The notes below the pieces were generated by a model. The model was not told where the DNA came from, did not search any database, and was given only the letters and a program-made list of their open reading frames with translations. Positions 9,180-19,746 of a DNA stretch of 64,000 nucleotides are shown here, piece by piece. The translations under genes were made by a program, and so were the position numbers. The number at the start of each line of letters is the position of its first letter. Position 1 is the first letter of the stretch. Origin of the DNA: Camelus dromedarius (lineage: Eukaryota); assembly GCF_036321535.1 (NCBI RefSeq), contig NC_087446.1, positions 5,952,001-6,016,000 of the forward strand. Reading direction: 5' to 3'.

Positions 9180-12100
9180 TCATTCACGGTTCTGAGTCTT
9201 GGGGAAGTCAGAGGCTGGGAACCAGCCCAGCCAGAGCTTCCTCAGCAGCTGGGGGACCCAGCCCTCAGGCGTTTCTTCCTTGATGTCCACCTCAGAGGCC
9301 TCTAAAAAGCACAAACAGGCAAGCCCAGTGGGTCCACTTCTGGAAGGAACCTTTCCCCAGGGCCAGGGCACCCTCTGTACCAGGGGAGCAGGGCAGCATT
9401 GATAAAAGGCTAGGGTATTCCTCCAGCACAAGGGGAGTGGTCCCCGAGTCCTGCCAAACCAGGAAGGAGCCAAGGGGGCTCATTCAGGGAAGATAAGGCA
9501 TCTGGCTACCTGGGTTTCTTCCCTCCCCTCCCTGGGGCAGGAGAGTCTGAGAGGAGCTGGGCTATCTGTGACCTCTGCAGGGTCACTGAGATTAGGGAGG
9601 AGGGCAGCCCTGCTACAGCAGGCTGTGGTCAGTTGTCTTACCAGAAGTATATACAGCAATCTCCTTTCGGGCCTTTTTAGTTTCCTGGGAAGGAAGAAGG
9701 GGCGTGGTGGGGGCAAGGTTCTACATTGTGCAGATGGGGAAACTGAAGCCGCACTTAACAAGAAGTCGGGGGAGGCCAGGATTCAGAGCCACTCCGCTTA
9801 CACATGTCTGCTCCTCTCAGCTCCACACAGAGCTGTTCCTCCACTGGGATAGCAGTTTGGCCCAGTCATCTTGGGGGTGCCCCAGCACCCCCCACCACTG
9901 CCCTCCTTCCCCATGGCCTCTCCACCCTGCAGCGCCCTGGGGCTTCTCAGTAAGAGCCATGCTGGGATGTCCCAGTTGAGGCAGGGGCTTCCTTACCTCC
10001 CCTCCTGGAGGCACTGACACAGCCTCCTCCTCAGCCACCTCCTGCCCAGCTGGAATTGGGCTGGCCGCTTCCTCCCCTGGGGATCTCACTTCGCCCTCAT
10101 CCTGAGACAAGACATCCGTCTCCTCCTTGGGGGCAGCATCATTTGGCCCTCCCGTTGTCTTGGGGGTCATGGCCTGCAGGGAGGGTCAGGAGGGCAGAAA
10201 AAGGCAGAAGGGCCCTCTGCTCACCTAACCCCTCCCCATCCTCCACACTTGGAGTGTGTATAGTTCTTTATTTTCAACAGATTTCCCTCCCTTCTCAGCT
10301 TGGGCCGTGGTAGGGCTGTGAGTTTCCTAGAGGGGCCCTGCCACTCTGCCGGGGACTCCTGGCTGTGAGCTCATGGAGCCAGCAGGAGAGAGCCCCAGCC
10401 CTGGGCCCTTCCGAGCAGGCCTCACTTACCTCGGAGTCTTGCTTCTTCCCATTCTTGACTCTGTGTCTCTGCGTAGGGAAATGGGACGTGACATACAGCT
10501 CTGAGTGTGTGGGAGTCGGGCCCATCTTCTTACTGTGTGTGCCTCCCAAGGGTGCCCAGGACAGCCACCCTACGCCAGGGGAAGAGAGGTCCCCAGCCCT
10601 TACCCACCTGGGTAGTCACAGGATAGCACTTATCCATCTGCCCCCACACTGGCCTTAAGGTCTCCCCTATGGGCTGCACAACAAAGAGAGAAAGGAGAGA
10701 GGGAAGGTGAAGTGACATCTTAAGTGCTCAGCGATGCACTAGTCTCCACAGTCAATGCCTGCTGCACAGAGACTCAAAGACTACAAACCAACAATAATTG
10801 ATGTCTTCAGGAAGATAAAACTTTGCATTTATGAAACAAGAGTAGGCTCTGTTCAAAGAGCAATCTCTAAGTCTTTTGTGTGTTGGGGGGGGCAGTAATT
10901 AGTTTTGTTTATGTTTTTATTTATTTTAATGGAGATACTGGGGATTGAACCCAGGACCTCATGCATGCTAAGCACAAGCTCTACCACTGAGCTATACCCT
11001 CCCCCCCTGAATTCTTTAAAAACAAAAATATGATCATGGGAATTAAAAATCCAATCAAAGTGTAGAAGATAAAGTTGAAAAAAGCATTCCCCAGAAAGAA
11101 CAGAGAGAAGAGGTCAGGAGCTCCCACAGCGAAATCAGAAGGAAGAGAGTCAACACTTGAAGTGGCAGGGGGAGAGACCAAGTAAGTATGTGAGCTTTTT
11201 AAGACAGTTTCCCAAAGACGAGGGACATGAGTTTCCAGAAAAGAAGGAATCACCAAGTGTCCAGGACAACGGATGAAGGAGACCCACCCCAGATTATGTC
11301 ATTAATAGATTTCAAAACACTGAGGATGAAGAGAAGAACCTAAAAACTTCCAGAAACACACAGAAAAAAGTCTGTTTTAGGAATTCGACTTTCATCAACA
11401 CCAATCTTTGAGGTCAGAAAACAGTGAGGATCTTCAAAATCTGTGAGAAAATTATTTCTAGTCTAGAATTCTAACCTAGCCAAACTCTTAGCTAAGTATG
11501 AAGTAAGACCTTTTCAGACATACTACCTCAAGACAACCCCTCAGGAAGGAACCAGAGGTTATGCTCCACCGAAAGAGAGAGTAACACGGGCTCCCACACG
11601 TAACAAAAGTGAAGCGTCCTCCAGAATGACAGCGAAGGGAGGCCCCAGCTGCGCAGCAGGCCTCAAGGGCATCCTGTCCAGATGGAAACAGGATGGAGGG
11701 CTCCATGAGGTAATGTCTCCAGGAAAATGATCATATTGATAAACAGCCTAATTTGTCTAATTGTATTGCAAGGAAATTTTTTTTTTGTTAGAGAGCTTGG
11801 GTGAATTAATTATAGGTACAGAGAAAACTAAAAACAATTTTAAAGAGGAAAAACCAAAATTATACACAACTATGGTATGCTACATGATTCAGCTAGGAAT
11901 ATTATTTATATAGTCTAAAAATTACAATATACACCTATTAGAATGGCTTTTTTTTTTTAAGGCAAATACTGGAAATGATGTAGAACAAGTGGAACCTCTC
12001 ATCCATTGCTGGTGAGAATGCAGAATGGGTACCAGACACTTTGGGAAAGCTTGACAGTTTCCTACAAAACCAAATATACACTTCCCACATGGCCCAACAA

Positions 12101-13790
12101 CCCCACTGCGAGGAATTTGCCTAAAGTGAAAGGAAAGCCTACTTTCACATAAAACTTGTACAGGAATATTTATAGTGGTTTTATCTGTAATTGTCAAAAA
12201 CTGGAAACAATCTAAGTGTCTCAACTGGTGAATGGACAAACCATGGAACATCTACACAGTGGACAACTACTCAGCAATAAGAAGGAACAAACCACTGCTG
12301 CACACAGCTACTGGGTGGACCTCAAATGCACTGTGCTGAGTGAAAGAAACAAGACTCAAAAGACCACATATATTGGATGTTTCCATTTATATGACAGTTC
12401 TGCAAAGGCAAAACTACAGGAACAGAAAACTGTCCACTGGATGTCAGGGGCTGGGAGTGGGGGAAGAGTTGACTACAAGTGAGTATGGGGGAGTTTTTTG
12501 AAATGATGGAGCCGTTCTGCATCTTGGTTGTGGTGGCAGTTACACAACTGTATACTTTGTCAAAACTCATAGAACTGTACACTAAAAAAGGATGAATTTT
12601 AATCTATATAAATAATACCTTAATTTTTAAAAAAGTGAATAAAAAGAGACCACTCTAGGGGAGGGGCTTAAAAGCCAAAATGATATAAAAATCAGGAAAA
12701 AAGCAATATGATACGTAAATTTTTTTCACAATTGAAAATGTCATTACTCAGATTAAAACATTTACAGTGCCAAAAATTAGGCTGTAACTATGCTGGAAGG
12801 CTGGAGAGAGATGAAATGTGTGTTGGCAATAAGTGTGCACTTGTTAGAAAGCTAAATCCTCATCTTCCATTGTAGGAATTCACTGGATAATGTTTAAATC
12901 TGAAAAATCAAGACAAATAAGGATAAGCTTTCTACTTAGAACCATAGGGGCAAAACCAAAGGCTATGACTAGAAAGGCTGGAAGCTGGAAAGGTGGTGAG
13001 AATCGTGGATGGAGATGGTTGGTGTAAAATGCATCTAGTTTTTTGTTTCAAGTCTTAAAACTTTGACTCATCAAACTATATGGATACCTTTGGAGACAAT
13101 AAAACTTTTTAAGATGGAAATTTGGTGTATATATATATATACACATATATTTTAAAGGAATCAACATTGGACTCAGTGATCCCCAAGGCACCTGCCAACA
13201 TGGGCCTCGTTAGGGGCTTTCCAATCTCTGAATACACTCCCTAAATGTGTAGCGCACACTTCTCAGTGTTGCTCAGTCACAGATAACCTTGTCCCCATGA
13301 AAATCCCCTCTTCCCAACAGCACTAGGCAGAGAGCAGAAGGCCTCCAGAGACCAGGTATGTAGTTCTGTCCTGTCACCTTGGGCATCCTGGGTCAAGTCA
13401 CTGTCCGTCTGGGAGCCTAAGATTCCTCATCTACAAAGTGGGAGCTTCTGAGTTGCTGTGAGGTTTAAACGGCGTAATAGATGGGCAACACCTAATCTAG
13501 CACGTGGCCCTCAGTGAGCATCCAGCATCCATTTGTGTTTTCCTCACAGAGGGCTGGGAGTAGGGGCTTCTGCCACAGGTTCTCGAACCTGGCACATGAA
13601 AGAGGGTATGTAACCCCAGGCAAGTGTCCTGCTCACCACCACCCCATTCACATATGAGTACAGAACCACATTTCAGGGCTACTCATACCCGTTAGGGGTT
13701 ATATGTTCCTTAAGGTTTGTCTGGGTCACTGCCACAGAGCCCTGAAGTTACCATATAGCCAGCCTGTGAGGGGCAGGGCCTCCTTGACAG

Positions 13791-13826
<36 letters not shown>

Positions 13827-15315
13827 GTTGGTTGAACATTTGAGGTCAAATAACATGACCTCTATTTGGGCTACAGTGAGATAGTCCCAGCCTCCTGACC
13901 CTGACAGAGGTCCCTACCTGTGATGAGCCCCCAGCAATCTCATGGTCAGGGTCTGCTTTCCCCAGAGACCCCTGAAAATAGTAGTACACCACTCCTGCAA
14001 GTAGGTGAAAAAAGACTAGTTAAAACATTTAGAAGAGTGATGCAGTTATTTTTAAATGTCAGTATTTACAATATGCCAGAAATCATATCCTTTAAAACTA
14101 TTTAAATGTGTGATGAAAGATACTAGGTATTAACTTAAAATGTGTGAGGGGGTAGTTTTTCAAAAGATACGCAAGCAAGTTGCAGATCATGCTGTGGGAC
14201 ATTATTAGGTTGTATGGGGTTTTCTGGTTTCTCTGTGGGTGTTTGGGGGAGGATGCAGGGGGTTTAGAGTGAGACATGAGTTCAAATCCCAGTTTCACTA
14301 TGAAAGTGCAGAGGGAAGAAAGGGAGAAATAAGGCCAGCCGTGGCTCCGAGCAGCGTGGCCAGCCCTGGGCAGCCAGGTACATGGCAGTTTCAGGAGGCC
14401 TCTGGGAATCCTGGTGGGGAGCAGCAGACTGGGGTGGCTCTGAGAAGAGAACTTGTTCACTGAGTCCTGCCATCATCCCCAACTCACCCCAGCACCCAGG
14501 CCCTTACCTGCAAGGATGAAGATTTGTACTACATACAGGAACTTGTAGAGCCTGGAAGGAAAGCAGAGCTGAGTGTGAGGCTGGGGTCTCTTGTGCCCTC
14601 ACCAGTGGGTGCTGGTTTTCTTCCCAGTCCAAGCCCCAAGACCTACTCTTCCAGGGAAGGTCCAATCAATACTTGTGGATGAATAAATCCATCAGCTGTA
14701 ATGGGGCTCAGCCTGGGCTCCCTGCTGACTAGCCGGCATGACTCTGTGCCTCTGCCTACTTAGAAAGTCAGACGTGGAGCATGGAGCCACAAGAACCCCT
14801 GCTCCCCTCCTTTCTCCTCTCCTTCTTTACTTGTTTATATAGGTCCATCTTGCCTCTCCAGCCAGAAGGCAGGGACTCAGCCTTGGCTGGGCATTCACAG
14901 TTGTTTATTCAAGTGCTGGATTAGCTCTTCTCCCCACAGCCCTCCAAAGCCCTCTCTACTCTGGACTGACAGATCCCACAACCTGGATTAGAAATAATAT
15001 TCCATTGTCCATCCTGTTCTTTTAGGACCCCTCCCTTGGGACAAACAGAGCATTTTTGCACTGCTAAGATGATGGCTCCCTGCCTACACACATACACACA
15101 TACAAAAGCACATCCCACCTGTCAGAACCAGGCCCTCCACTCTGACCCTAAGTCCCAGAGACACTATAACACTCAGGGAAAGGGGAATATAGAATCCTAT
15201 TTTCCCTTCCTCGTGAGACCAAGTTGGGGGGTTCCCTTTCCTGATCTTTCAGGGCATGGCAACAGGGCCCACCTAAACTTTACCTCTCTCTCTGGCAGCA
15301 CATACCAAGCACCAT
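9180..15315 (-). CDS. Predicted unrecognised 8-exon gene encoding a 199-aa single-pass membrane protein
   Basis: Coding exons (minus): 15315-15284, 14551-14508, 13994-13918, 10673-10608, 10468-10430, 10173-9997, 9684-9642, 9301-9180 (32+44+77+66+39+177+43+122 = 600 nt). All introns GT-AG with long pyrimidine tracts; phases 2,1,0,0,0,0,1 join without stops; start aaaATGg. Protein: MVLGMCCQRERLYKFLYVVQIFILAGVVYYYFQGSLGKADPDHEIAGGSSQPIGETLRPVWGQMDKCYPVTTQRHRVKNGKKQDSEAMTPKTTGGPNDAAPKEETDVLSQDEGEVRSPGEEAASPIPAGQEVAEEEAVSVPPGGEETKKARKEIAVYTSEASEVDIKEETPEGWVPQLLRKLWLGWFPASDFPKTQNRE. No expression data. Confidence 0.7.
10872..11007 (-). mobile_element. Camelid tRNA-derived SINE (Vic-1-like)
   Basis: Minus strand reads gggagggtatagctcagtggtagagcttgtgcttagcatgcatgaggtcctgggttcaatccccagt, with A box, B box and A-rich tail. 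Confidence 0.85.
11020..12640 (+). mobile_element. Decayed LINE-1 fragments (ORF1-like, then L1MC/ME-type 3' end) in intron 3 of the predicted gene
   Basis: Typical L1 3' text (ggaacctctcatccattgctggtgagaatgcag; aaaactcatagaactgtacactaaaa); no intact ORF. Confidence 0.65.
13792..13823. repeat. (AC)16 microsatellite
   Basis: Direct reading. Confidence 0.95.
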
Positions 15316-16598
15316 TTTCAGTCTAAGAAGAAAAGATAGGCAGCAGTCAGTGCATCACACAGGCCCAGGATCCTGGTGTTCCTTTACCCTGTGGCTTGCA
15401 GGGAGACTGCAGTGGGCTAGAGGCAGTTAGGGGAACGGCAGGACCTCCACCAGCAAGGTTCATCCAGGGGAAAGCCTGCTGGTCACAGCAGGAGGCCAAA
15501 CTCAGGATGGAGTGGGCTAGCACTAGGAGCTTAGAAAATGCTCGGGAATTTCTCCCAAGACCTCAGAGCCCCAGACAAAAGCTGTTTCAATGTCCTCAGA
15601 GTTGGAAAGGTAGGTCCTGGGGAATCAGGATGGAAAAGGGGGGGTGGGGTTGAGAGTGGATTAAGGAAAAAGGTAGAGTTCTATTGAATATTTGGTGCAA
15701 AATGACCCCAGGTGTAGGCGGCTAAGTATAATAGTAAATAAAAACAATTAAAAACTACCAACAATTTAAAGCATTTTCCAGGTTATGCAGCGTTTTTGGG
15801 ATCATCTTGGGAGCACCGGGAGGAGACTCCCTGGCCTCCGCAAAAGCGCCCTGTCTAGAGGCCTGCCTTCAGTGTTGAGCTGCGTATGAACAGACACACT
15901 GTGAAGCCACGGTCCCGGGGGGAGATGGCCCTCAGTGTGGCCTCGTAAGGCTCCGTCTCCCAAGTGAGTTCCCCGTTCTCCACAGAGACTATTTCAGAAT
16001 CTCTCTTTAAACCTCTAACCCCTCTTCTGCCTCCCTCACTTTTGGCAGGAACACAGGTACCATCAGATGCACGTTCCCTAGACTTTCTGCTACCAAACTC
16101 ACCCATCCTCTGCTTCTCACAGGTCATTTCCTCTTCAGGGGAGGAGGCTGTGACCCTTCTCTGGGGCCATCCCCCTCCTGTGCCCCATCCACCCAGATTC
16201 TCCAACCGGGGTATCTGGGGGTCTCCTCCCTCACTTGTATATTCAGCCGTCCCTTCTCTTGTGGCTCCTCCTCATCAGCATTTGAACACATTACCCATGT
16301 CTTCCATTAAAAGAAAAAGACTTCTCCCTTGAACTCATATCCCTTCTCCAGATACCATTCTAATGGTCCCCTACCCTGCACACCAGTCTCCTTGAGAGAG
16401 CTGTCCAGGGTATCTGTCTTCACTCCACTCCACCTCTCCGTCACTCCACAACCCACTTCAATCTGTTTCTGTCCCCCTCAAACTTGGAAATCTCTCTCAC
16501 CAGGTCGCCAATATCCTCCCTGTCACCAAATCCAAGGGGCCTTTTTCAGGCCTCAGCTCACTGCATCTCTCTGCAGGACACCCTTCACATCGACTCAC

Positions 16599-16686
16599 CT
16601 TCCCTGAGAATACTGCCAGCAACATGTTCAACAGTAAGCTTTTTAGTCACCTGTAACTGGGTGTGAGCGGAGTCATCAGGTTTTTT
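16599..16686 (-). other. Candidate 5' UTR exon of the predicted minus-strand gene
   Basis: Long pyrimidine tract ending ttctctcag, 88-nt body, donor AAG|GTGAGT. It has an in-frame TGA relative to the main ORF, so it would be non-coding. Confidence 0.45.
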
Positions 16687-17539
16687 CTGAGAGAAGGTTT
16701 TGAGTGAGAGAAGAAGAGGAGGAAAGGGGAACACTAAGCAGGAGGGATACAGAAAAGGTGGCTAAGAGTCGCAAAGACAAATTTCACCTGCTTGGGTGGT
16801 TTACTGAGGGCAGCCTTTTGAAACTGCTTACCAAATCTGCCAACCTTGATGATCTGAGCAGTTTGCAGTACACAGGCAGTATTCACCTTCCCTCAGACTC
16901 CAGGACTGAGACTGAGAAGGGCACAGGAGCCCAGCTAAGTCTGGGAGTCCAATCACAGACCCTCCCTTCCACAAGCTGTGTGGTGTCTGTGTGTGACATC
17001 ATGTCTTAGGGGGCTTTATGACAGGACAACCTCTCCTACCTTGACAGAGTAGTATGTCATTGCCACAGGGTGGTTTTAAATCCCCGTGTCAGAGGCAGCA
17101 CCTTTGTAGTATCTCTTCAGTTCCATTCAATGCCATGAATTCTGCTTGAGCACCTACAATGTGCCAAAATCTACGCAAATTCCGGTAGGGACACAAAGAC
17201 ACAAAGGTGTGTAAGACTCAGTCTTGTCACATAACACAATACTCTTATTTTTCAAATCAAAAACAAGAACACAGCCTGACTATAAGTGTCATCCATTCGT
17301 CCATTCATTCAACCAGTGTCTGCTGAACTTATATTTCGGGCCAGGAATAATGCTGAGAGGATAGAAAGGTAAACAGGACGCAGAGATGGCCCTTAAGGAG
17401 CTTGAAGACATCAAATAGACAGCTTCTGATTCAAGACAATAACTTCTATACCCTCCCCAAAAAACTATGAATGTAACAAAATAATAATTACAAAACTATG
17501 GTGGTTAAAACTGAGGAATGCCTTAGTTTCACAAACACA

Positions 17540-19746
17540 TAAAATATTTACCAAGATGGATCATATTCTCAACCATAAAACAAGCCTCAATAATTTAAAA
17601 GATTAAAGTCATTTAAAGTATGTTCTTTGACCACATGGAATCAAAATAGAAATCAGTAACAGAAAGATCCCTGAGAAATCTCCAAATATTTGGAAACTAA
17701 ACAACACACCTTTACATAATATATGGGTGAAATAATCAAAAGGAAAGAAAGTATTTTGAACTAAATGAAAAGAAAAAAAATCTCAAAATTTGTGGGATGC
17801 AGCTAAAACAGTACATAGAAGGAAATTTACAAACTAAAACATCTATATGAGAAAATAAGAAATGTCTCAAATCAAGGACCTCAGTTTCTACTTTAAGAAA
17901 CTAGAAATGGAGAAGCAAATAAAAGCCAAAGTAAGCACAAGAAGGGAAATTTTAAAATTCAAAGTGGAAAGAAATGAGGTAGGAAACAGAAAAATAGAAA
18001 AAATCAATAAAACGAAAAGAGCAACAGAATGTACAATCTTCTAGATAGAATAGATCAGGAAAAAATAAATCAAATGCCAATGTTCAACATCAAGAATGGT
18101 AAAGGTGATACTGATGCAGATTCTATAGATACTAAAATGATCATAAGAGAACATTATGAACAATGAGATGCCACTAACTTTGACAATGTAGATGAAACAG
18201 ACAAAATCTTAAAAAAAAAAAAAAAAGCCCAGTACCAAAGCACATGCAAGAAGAAATATACAACCTGAATCATTCTGTATCTGTTAAAGACATTGAACTT
18301 ATTTAACTTCCCCACAAAGAAAACTTCAGTTCCATATGGCTTCACTAATAAATTCTATCAAACTTTTAAGGAAGAAATAATATCAATTCTATATAAACTC
18401 TTCCAGAAAAATAGGAGGAAATATTTCCCATCTCATTCTATGAGGGCAGAATTATCTGATATCAAAACCAGACAAAGATGACATAAGAAAACTACAAAAC
18501 AACTTCTTTCATAAATATAGATGCAAATATTATTAACAAAATCTTATTAAACTGAAACCAACAATACATAAAAAGGATAATACACCATTACCAAAGGAGT
18601 TTACTTTCAGGAATGTAAGGTTGGTTCAACATTCAAAAACCAACCATTATAACTCACCATACTAGTAGACTAAAAAAAAAAATCATGTGGTTATCTCAAC
18701 AGATACATAAATAACATTTAACAAAATCAACATTTGTTCCTGAAAACAACCTCCCAGAAATCTAGAAGTAGTTGGAACATCCTCAACCTGATGAAGGACA
18801 TCTACGAAAAACTTAGAGCTAACAACATACCTGATGGTAAAATACTGAATGTTTTCCCCTTAAATTCAGGAATAAGGCAAGGATATCTGCCCCTGTTGCT
18901 TCTATACAACATTGTCCTGGAAGTTTTAGACAATGAACTAAGTTGAGAAATAGAAGTAACTGCCCCTTACTCTATCAGTAAACCTACAACACTCCTGAAT
19001 ATGGCAATGATGTCAGTGAAAAAGTGTAAGATCAGACTTCCCTTCCCATGCCTAATCTAGTCCAAAAATCAACCTAACATTTGAAAATCTGATTTATTAT
19101 CACTTGTCAATTTTTCTCCTGAAGTCAAATTGTACCCTTTGAGTAACAGAGTTCTAGAATCAGAGCCTCATGACTACAATGATTCAGCCCTTTACATATA
19201 TCACTTATATTATTTGTGTTAATTTCTTAAGAGAGCTGTAACATTTTCCCCATCAATTTCGGCTGCAAACTGCAAATGAGACAAAACCCTTTCACTTGCA
19301 TATATATCATAATGTTGCTCACTGATTATACTAATATTTTTCAAATTTGATAATCACAATTAGTCATTAAATGATGATCACTTTTTTCAATGAATTACAA
19401 AGATTAAAATTTTAAAAATAAAAGAGAGAAGTAAAAGGCAACCAGATTAGAAAGGAAGAAGTAAAACTGTCTTATTTTGAAGACAACATGATTGTGTGTA
19501 AAATCCTACAGGATCATCCAAAAAGCTACTAGATATAGCAAGGTGAAGGATACAAGATCAATATATAAAAATCAATTATATTTTCTGTGAACCTAAAACT
19601 GCTCTAAAAATTGTATTAAAAAATCAATTGTATTTCTATAAAATAGCAGTGAACAATTCAGCATTGAAATTTTAAAAACACTAATTATAATAGCATCAAA
19701 AATATGAAATACTCTGACAAAATGTGTGTAAAATCTGTACACTAAA
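17540..19746 (+). mobile_element. Old LINE-1 ORF2 (EN/RT region), degenerate, interrupted by insertions
   Basis: Short ORFs resemble L1 ORF2 (MSQIKDLSFYFKKLE; KLRANNIPDGKILNVFPLNSGIRQGYLPLLLLYNIVLEVL); many stops and frameshifts. Confidence 0.85.
18960..19420 (+). other. About 460-bp non-L1 insert within the L1 ORF2; possible retroposed mRNA 3' end
   Basis: L1 text breaks after agaagtaa (18952-18959) and resumes at agaagtaa (19427-19434). Insert ends with ATTAAA (19403-19408) and an A-rich run. Confidence 0.45.

Noticed and set aside
9302-9450. Acceptor at 9451 that would extend the last exon along ORF 9180..9473
   Set aside because: It is in frame only after the 22-nt micro-exon, which needs a 59-nt intron, below the usual mammalian minimum. 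In the direct phase it hits a stop after 13 codons.
10930-11007. tRNA-like sequence with A and B boxes (also at 27856 and 61520-61596)
   Set aside because: These are SINE heads with A-rich tails and, in one case, a clear TSD; no complete cloverleaf.
13689-13763. 75-nt minus-strand exon candidate (ccctgcccctcacag ... GG|GTATGA) in intron 3 of the predicted gene
   Set aside because: Stop codons in all three frames; at most a poison exon, so left out of the model.
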